Below are positions 27,301-32,000 of a stretch of DNA of 32,000 nucleotides, in pieces. The position numbers were made by a program, and so were the translations under genes. Under the pieces are notes generated by a model that searched no databases, was not told where the DNA came from, and saw only the letters and a program-made list of their open reading frames with translations. This DNA is from Psychrobacter sp. HD31 (lineage in GTDB: Bacteria > Pseudomonadota > Gammaproteobacteria > Pseudomonadales > Moraxellaceae), in the NCBI RefSeq assembly GCF_051097895.1, contig NZ_CP142525.1:1470001-1502000 (forward strand), written 5' to 3'. Numbering within the stretch: the first letter of the stretch is position 1; the number at the start of each line of letters is the position of its first letter.

Positions 27301-28563
27301 CTATTTTATTTTAAAACGGTTACGCAGTGCCAAACCAAACAAAAATATGGCTATAAAGGTAAAAAAGGTTTGCACACCACGTATAATGCGTATGGGCATG
27401 GGTAGCTTGCCCTTTGCATCTACTTTGTTGTTATTGTTTGCTGGGTATAAGCGTTGGCGTACCTCTTTTTGGTAATGGGCATTTTGTATAAATGGCGGTA
27501 ATGATGGCGCTGCATAAAATGCAGCACGTTCTGCATTAAAACTGTATGGCTGAGTAAATGTGATTTTATTATCAACCCATGCCTGACCAATTGCACCACC
27601 ACACATAATAGCCAACCAAAAACAAAAGGGACGCAACAGGCTTAACCCATAATTAGAGCTTAACCCATACAAAAACCCTGCCCAGTTTTTAATATTCTTT
27701 AAACCATTATTTGCTTGGCGTTGGCAGTATAACTCGCAGGCATAAAACTCTAGTGCTTTTTGGTGGTTGTTATTTGCTTCTGCTAGGCGCTTAAGTGTTC
27801 TAAACTGAGATTCATACTTGCTAAAATCTGTAACACCAAACTGTTTAGCTTTTTTTTGCAAAATAACTACATCACTTGGCAAGCTTTCCACTAACGGAAT
27901 GTTATTAAAATGGGTTTGGCGGAAATCTACTGGTAATACTGCATTTTTACTAAACTCCATATCATTAAATAAAGCTGAGTTTTCAAACCTTGCACCTAAA
28001 AATAATACTGTCTGAGGTTTTTCACCATCAAATTTGGCACCAAAAAAATTTGCTTGTTTGTTAAATTTTGTTCGCAAATAGAAGGCACTTAATTTGAAAG
28101 TCGCACTAAAAAAAACCGCTTCCGATTCAAAAGTCGTACTCACAAAATTCGCTTCCGATTCAAAAGTTGAACTCCCAAAATTTGCTTGCGATTTAAATCT
28201 CGCTAATTGAAAATTCGCTTTCGATTCAAAAGTCGTACTCACAAAATTCGCTGTCGATTCAAATCTCGCTAATTGAAAATTAACTTCTAGAGGAAAATTA
28301 AAACCCATAAAAGAGACTGATTGCACAAACACCATTTCAGAAAGGTCTATCTGATATTGATTACGTATTTTTCGTTTTCGTTCTGTAGTAGCATTTCGCA
28401 GGTATCGTTTTTCTAATTCTTTTTCTACCTCAGTTGCCCAAGCATTCCAGATTTCGTTACCCTGCTCAATACGCTCAAGGTGTTCTTGCTGTATTGCTTT
28501 GCGTTCTTCTGCTGTTCGTTCTACATCTACTTTATAACGCTGTAAATCAACCATTGTGCTCAA
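27301..28563 (-). CDS. Membrane protein with a tandem 11-residue pentapeptide-like repeat (A-N-F-x4-F-x-S-x) and C-terminal TM helices; function unknown
   Basis: The TTG start has GGGGA 5 nt upstream. The N-terminal coiled region contains EIWNAW, similar to the WNxW lead-in that I recall in many pentapeptide-repeat proteins. At least 8 consecutive 11-mers follow: VNFQLARFEST, ANFVSTTFESK, ANFQLARFKSQ, ANFGSSTFESE, ANFVSTTFESE, AVFFSATFKLS, AFYLRTKFNKQ, ANFFGAKFDGE. The C-terminus has SNYGLSLLRPFCFWLAIMCGGAIG and VQTFFTFIAIFLFGLAL hydrophobic helices. Confidence 0.75.
   Translation of the reverse strand: MSTMVDLQRYKVDVERTAEERKAIQQEHLERIEQGNEIWNAWATEVEKELEKRYLRNATTERKRKIRNQYQIDLSEMVFVQSVSFMGFNFPLEVNFQLARFESTANFVSTTFESKANFQLARFKSQANFGSSTFESEANFVSTTFESEAVFFSATFKLSAFYLRTKFNKQANFFGAKFDGEKPQTVLFLGARFENSALFNDMEFSKNAVLPVDFRQTHFNNIPLVESLPSDVVILQKKAKQFGVTDFSKYESQFRTLKRLAEANNNHQKALEFYACELYCQRQANNGLKNIKNWAGFLYGLSSNYGLSLLRPFCFWLAIMCGGAIGQAWVDNKITFTQPYSFNAERAAFYAAPSLPPFIQNAHYQKEVRQRLYPANNNNKVDAKGKLPMPIRIIRGVQTFFTFIAIFLFGLALRNRFKIK
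28123..28281. repeat. In-frame intragenic DNA direct repeats within the repeat-protein gene
   Basis: The 31-nt sequence cgattcaaaagtcgtactcacaaaattcgct occurs exactly at 28123-28153 and 28222-28252, 99 nt (33 codons) apart. The 21-nt sequence aaatctcgctaattgaaaatt occurs exactly at 28195-28215 and 28261-28281, 66 nt (22 codons) apart. Confidence 0.9.
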
Positions 28564-28628
28564 GTTATTCCCCTATATGTACGAATAAATAAACTAAACA
28601 TATGCCAAAAATATACAAAAACAGGCAT

Positions 28629-28658
28629 AAAAAAACGTATAGACTAATGCCTATACGT
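28629..28658 (-). terminator. Rho-independent terminator of the RhuM/Doc gene
   Basis: acgtatag (28635-28642) pairs with ctatacgt (28651-28658). On the minus strand a T-run follows (plus-strand A-run 28629-28634). This separates the gene transcriptionally from the repeat-protein gene. Confidence 0.7.
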
Positions 28659-28722
28659 TAAATAAAATGGGCTGGTTATGCAACTTAAAGCAGTTAACCA
28701 AGAATATGCATACAACCTCATA

Positions 28723-29718
28723 TCAAATGCCTGTCGGATTTAGCAACAGCTTAACCACACCAATCATTTTTTCTTTGTCATTTGGGTCTGATTCTGCAAT
28801 TAAAATAGTAAGCGTTGTTAGTGTTTGCGGATTAATTTTATCTGCAAAATCATAACCATACTTTTGCAACAACCAAATAAAAGCAAACGCACCGCTACGT
28901 TTGTTTCCATCAGTAAATGGGTGGTTTTTAATTATAAAGTACAATAAATGTGCAGCTTTTTCTTCAAGCGTTGGATACGCATCCTGCCCAAAAATACTTT
29001 GGAATACATTACCAAAAATACCTGCTAGTAACCCTTGTTTTTTCTCCTGAGCAAACAGCTCGGTTGCTTCCCCTTTGTTTATCAACTCGAACTTTAGCAG
29101 TTGTAAATCCGTCTGCAATTCCTCAGCAGATGTTTTAATAGACACCGTATCGCCACGCTCGGGGAACTCTTGTTTATCATAACTATCCAAAGTAAACCAT
29201 GTGTCTGCAAAACTTTGAATAAGTGATAAAATCTCGGTAGTTTCAACTTTTGGATTATCGTGCGTAAGTGCTTTTAAATCTTCTAATGTTTTTAAAAATT
29301 GCTGTTGGTTTTCCGCAAGGCGTTTTTGATTAATCGCATAACCCTTAATTAGATAATCCTTTAACCGTTTGGTTGCCCAAATTCTAAATTGTGTGCCTTT
29401 TTGCGACTTCACACGATAACCAACTGAGATGATAACGTCTAGGTTGTAAAACTCTACTTCTTTTTGCTGTGTTTTACCTTTTATAGCACCGTGTTGAGTG
29501 GTTGTCGCAAATTTTGCGACAACCACTTTTTTATCGAGTTCACCCTCTTTAAAAACATTATTAACGTGCTTGCCTATCGTTTTAATATCTCTATCAAACA
29601 GTAAAGCCATTTGCTGACGATTTAGCCAAACGGTTTCGTCTTCTAGTTTGACCGAAAGCTCCACCTGTTCGTCATCGGTGGTAAAAATCATCATATCCGA
29701 TTGCGTGATAGGTTGCAT
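28723..29718 (-). CDS. RhuM-family N-terminal domain fused to a Doc-type Fic domain (HxFxDGNKR)
   Basis: The N-terminal part, VWLNRQQMALLFDRDIKTIGKHVNNVF...FYNLDVIISVGYRVKSQKGTQFRIWATKRL, matches the RhuM virulence-protein family as I recall it. The C-terminal HPFTDGNKRSG (nt 28891-28923) is the Doc variant of the Fic active-site motif, with K where canonical Fic has G in GNGR. GAAGG lies 7 nt before the ATG. Confidence 0.8.
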   Translation of the reverse strand: MQPITQSDMMIFTTDDEQVELSVKLEDETVWLNRQQMALLFDRDIKTIGKHVNNVFKEGELDKKVVVAKFATTTQHGAIKGKTQQKEVEFYNLDVIISVGYRVKSQKGTQFRIWATKRLKDYLIKGYAINQKRLAENQQQFLKTLEDLKALTHDNPKVETTEILSLIQSFADTWFTLDSYDKQEFPERGDTVSIKTSAEELQTDLQLLKFELINKGEATELFAQEKKQGLLAGIFGNVFQSIFGQDAYPTLEEKAAHLLYFIIKNHPFTDGNKRSGAFAFIWLLQKYGYDFADKINPQTLTTLTILIAESDPNDKEKMIGVVKLLLNPTGI

Positions 29719-29788
29719 AAATTGCCTTCATTTATCTTTAGTTATCAGTCATTCATCATATCACAAAGCTACATTAGTCTTAATGAAC

Positions 29789-29817
29789 AAAAAAACGCCC
29801 GCTATTAACGGGCGTTT
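29789..29817 (-). terminator. Rho-independent terminator of mtnN
   Basis: aaacgcccg (29793-29801) pairs with cgggcgttt (29809-29817). The minus-strand reading gives the hairpin followed by a T-run. Confidence 0.7.
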
Positions 29818-29835
29818 ATTCACACAAATTAGAGA

Positions 29836-30555
29836 TTAAAGACTACTCAACGCACTAATCACCATTTGTGCTGAGTCTTTACCTGCCTGCTCAATAAACT
29901 CATCAAAAGACACACTTGCCTGCTCATTTGCAAGGTCAGAAATAGCTCGAACCACCACAAACGGCACACCAAAACGGTAGCAAGTTTGGGCAATGGCAGC
30001 GGCTTCCATCTCTACCGCTTGGGCATTGGCAAAATGGGTTTTAATGGTTTCAAACTGTTCACTACTGGCAATAAACTGGTCACCACTGACTATTTGCCCT
30101 TGGTGTATCGCCGCATCAGCAAATGCTTTACTTGCCTTTTGCATCACACTTACCAAATTAGCATCGCACTCGTACTGCTCTGGCATGCCAGCCATTTGCC
30201 CATGTTTGTAACCAAAGGCAGTTACGTCTACATCGTGGTGGGCAACCGCTGTGCCAACCACAATATCACCCACTGCTAAGCCCTTTCCTGAACCATTGCC
30301 AATACCCCCTGCAGAGCCAGTGTTAATAACCGCTTTGGGTGCAAAACGCTCAATAACCAGCGCCGTAGCTATAGTGGCATTAACTTTGCCTATGCCACTT
30401 TGCAACACCACCACAGGCGTACCATTAATTTCACCACTGTGTATTTTAACCTCTGCTACCTCGGCAGTTTTAGCGTTGGTTAGTTGGTTGGTTAATATGG
30501 CAACCTCTTGTGGCATAGCACCAATAATAGCAATTGGGTTAGTTGTGTTTGGCAT
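29836..30555 (-). CDS. mtnN: 5'-methylthioadenosine / S-adenosylhomocysteine nucleosidase
   Basis: IAIIGAMPQEV, LQSGIGKVNA, INTGSAGG, HHDVDVTAFGY, VEMEAAAIAQTC and PFVVVRAISD parallel E. coli Pfs throughout. Confidence 0.9.
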   Translation of the reverse strand: MPNTTNPIAIIGAMPQEVAILTNQLTNAKTAEVAEVKIHSGEINGTPVVVLQSGIGKVNATIATALVIERFAPKAVINTGSAGGIGNGSGKGLAVGDIVVGTAVAHHDVDVTAFGYKHGQMAGMPEQYECDANLVSVMQKASKAFADAAIHQGQIVSGDQFIASSEQFETIKTHFANAQAVEMEAAAIAQTCYRFGVPFVVVRAISDLANEQASVSFDEFIEQAGKDSAQMVISALSSL

Positions 30556-30571
30556 GGTATTTATCTTAAAG

Positions 30572-30610
30572 TTAAAAAATAGTGTAGGCTAGGCAAAACC
30601 ACCGCCTACA
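30572..30610 (-). terminator. Hairpin plus T-run between luxS and mtnN (possible partial terminator)
   Basis: tgtaggc (30583-30589) pairs with gcctaca (30604-30610) around a 14-nt loop. On the minus strand ctatttttt follows. It ends only about 17 nt before the mtnN ATG. Confidence 0.45.
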
Positions 30611-30635
30611 AATTGAGGAATCAGGCTATAAAACA

Positions 30636-31106
30636 TTAAGCGAAAACTTGCGTCCACTCATCACGCTTGTCTAGCAAGCCTTTTGCAACTTCTTTTGCAC
30701 CCTCTAGGCTGTGGCTAGCTGCCCAACCGCATTGTACTTCGTTACAGGCTGGTACTTCGGTTGCTACCAATACGTCTTTTAGGGTGTTTTCAATTAAGTC
30801 TAACGCAGCTTCGTAGCTTGGCTCATTAATTAAAGACACGTAAAAACCTGTTTGGCAACCCATAGGTCCAATATCTAATACCAACTCGCTATGGTTACGA
30901 GAAAGCTCTGCCATTAAATGCTCTAACGAGTGCAGGGCTGGCATTTCCATATGTTCTTTATTTGGTTGGCAAACACGTAAATCGTATTTGTAAATTTCAT
31001 CGCCATTTTCGCCAATTTTTTTATCGGCTAGGCGTAGGTATGGCGCTTTAACTAGGGTGTGGTCTAAGTTAAAGCTTTCAACATTCATTTTTTGCTTATC
31101 GCTCAT
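30636..31106 (-). CDS. luxS: S-ribosylhomocysteine lyase (AI-2 synthase)
   Basis: [14 protein letters not shown] is present, with the metal-binding motif HSLEHLMA (HxxEH), GCQTGFY and [14 protein letters not shown]. Confidence 0.95.
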   Translation of the reverse strand: MSDKQKMNVESFNLDHTLVKAPYLRLADKKIGENGDEIYKYDLRVCQPNKEHMEMPALHSLEHLMAELSRNHSELVLDIGPMGCQTGFYVSLINEPSYEAALDLIENTLKDVLVATEVPACNEVQCGWAASHSLEGAKEVAKGLLDKRDEWTQVFA

Positions 31107-31252
31107 GGGTATGTCCTGTGAGTTGTTGCTATTAAGTGTTGCTTCTATTTAGTAGATATAGAAAACATAAGTTTTAAATATGGCAATATTATATCAGTAT
31201 TAAAATCAGTAGGTTTATTAATTTACAATCTAGTTTCAGTCAGCGTATTTTT

Positions 31253-32000
31253 CTAAATATGCTCGGTGCGCTCAATAAGCCATGCCAGTGCCTCACCATC
31301 TACACGGTTTTTAAGCTCGCTTAATACGCTGCTATGGTAGTTATTTAACCAGTTAACTTCTTCTGCCGTTAATAAAGCTTTATCAACCAAACGAGTATCA
31401 ATTGGGCAAAGGGTAACGGTTTCAAACTTTAGGTAATCACCAAAGTCTGTTTCCTGTGGGGTATCTACCGCCACATTGGCAACCAAGTTTTCAATGCGTA
31501 TGCCCCACTGCCCCTCTCGGTATAACCCTGGCTCATTACTGGTTATCATGCCTGCCTTCATAGCACGGTCTTTGGTTACAGGCGTTGGGTAGCCAATAGA
31601 TTGCGGACCCTCATGCACATTTAAAAAGTAACCCACACCATGCCCTGTACCATGACCATAATCCATTTGCTGTGCCCACATTGGCGCTCTGCAGATGGCA
31701 TCTAACAGTGGTGCACCAATACCATTAGGGAAATGCGCCTGTGCCAAAGCAATGTGTGCTTTTAATACAGTAGTAAAGTCACGTTTGTGTTCATCTGTAA
31801 TGTCGCTACCAATTGGTACAACACGGGTAATGTCTGTCGTGCCATTGTGGTATTGTGCGCCTGAGTCGATAAGCAACAAGCCTGAGCCATCTAAATAACT
31901 AAAGCTGTTTGGCGTGGCACGGTAATGCGGCAATGCCCCGTTTGCATTGTAGCCTGCAATGGTAGGAAAACTTGGCGATACATAATGTGGTTGTTTGCTA
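31253..32000 (-). CDS. Aminopeptidase P / M24B family metallopeptidase, C-terminal portion (N-terminus beyond the window end)
   Basis: The frame stays open to nt 31999: my translation gives SKQPHYVSPSFPTIAGYNANGA upstream of the TTG used in the ORF track. The M24 metal ligands are in context: LIDSGAQY, DITR, HGTGHGVG, SNEPG and IRIEN. An M24 C-terminal-domain-like tail reads LCPIDTRL...LLTAEEVNWLNNYH. Confidence 0.85.
   Translation of the reverse strand, partial: SKQPHYVSPSFPTIAGYNANGALPHYRATPNSFSYLDGSGLLLIDSGAQYHNGTTDITRVVPIGSDITDEHKRDFTTVLKAHIALAQAHFPNGIGAPLLDAICRAPMWAQQMDYGHGTGHGVGYFLNVHEGPQSIGYPTPVTKDRAMKAGMITSNEPGLYREGQWGIRIENLVANVAVDTPQETDFGDYLKFETVTLCPIDTRLVDKALLTAEEVNWLNNYHSSVLSELKNRVDGEALAWLIERTEHI

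Noticed and set aside
28667-28855. 62-aa plus-strand ORF overlapping the 3' end of the RhuM/Doc gene (considered as a possible antitoxin)
   Set aside because: It is antisense to, and largely nested within, the Doc-domain coding sequence. It starts inside the terminator region, has no Shine-Dalgarno, and its hydrophobic low-complexity translation does not resemble a Phd/AbrB/RHH-type antitoxin.
29986-30592. Plus-strand ORFs (29986-30279, 29993-30211, 30251-30592) antisense to mtnN
   Set aside because: They are nested in a gene whose product aligns with Pfs along its whole length. These are typical antisense open frames in moderately GC-rich coding DNA.

Overview
This is an AT-rich chromosomal segment of gammaproteobacterial type with about 30 intact genes, no rRNA or tRNA genes, no CRISPR array, and no transposase or integrase. 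Most of it is housekeeping. In order, it holds a 5'-truncated ECF sigma factor with a small zinc-finger anti-sigma, a YheS-like ABC-F ATPase, a CbpA-like J-protein, mpl, an isochorismatase-family gene, a crotonase gene, and fadB-fadA. These are followed by ispA and an oxidative-stress neighbourhood: an AhpD-like protein, Fe-SOD, a Ni-SOD operon (sodN-sodX) led by a small His-rich membrane ORF, and an FMN reductase. The rest is rdgB, tig-clpP-clpX, a SPOR-domain protein, argS, glyQ, mtnN, luxS and a partial aminopeptidase P running off the 3' edge.

Two accessory insertions stand out. (1) At 7630-9876 a lone, much more AT-rich gene sits between the crotonase gene and fadA. It encodes a 748-aa fusion of an Mrr-like PD-(D/E)xK nuclease, a STAND P-loop NTPase, a winged-helix-like segment and a helical/acidic C-terminus. 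This is the architecture of single-protein antiviral STAND (Avs/nSTAND-like) sensors, but it is unusually compact, and it is my best candidate for the undescribed system. (2) At 27301-29718, between glyQ and mtnN, lies a membrane protein with an unusual 11-residue pentapeptide-like repeat. Next to it is an orphan RhuM-N-terminal/Doc-type Fic protein with no visible antitoxin.

All functional calls come from reading the translations and recognising motifs. No database search was possible.
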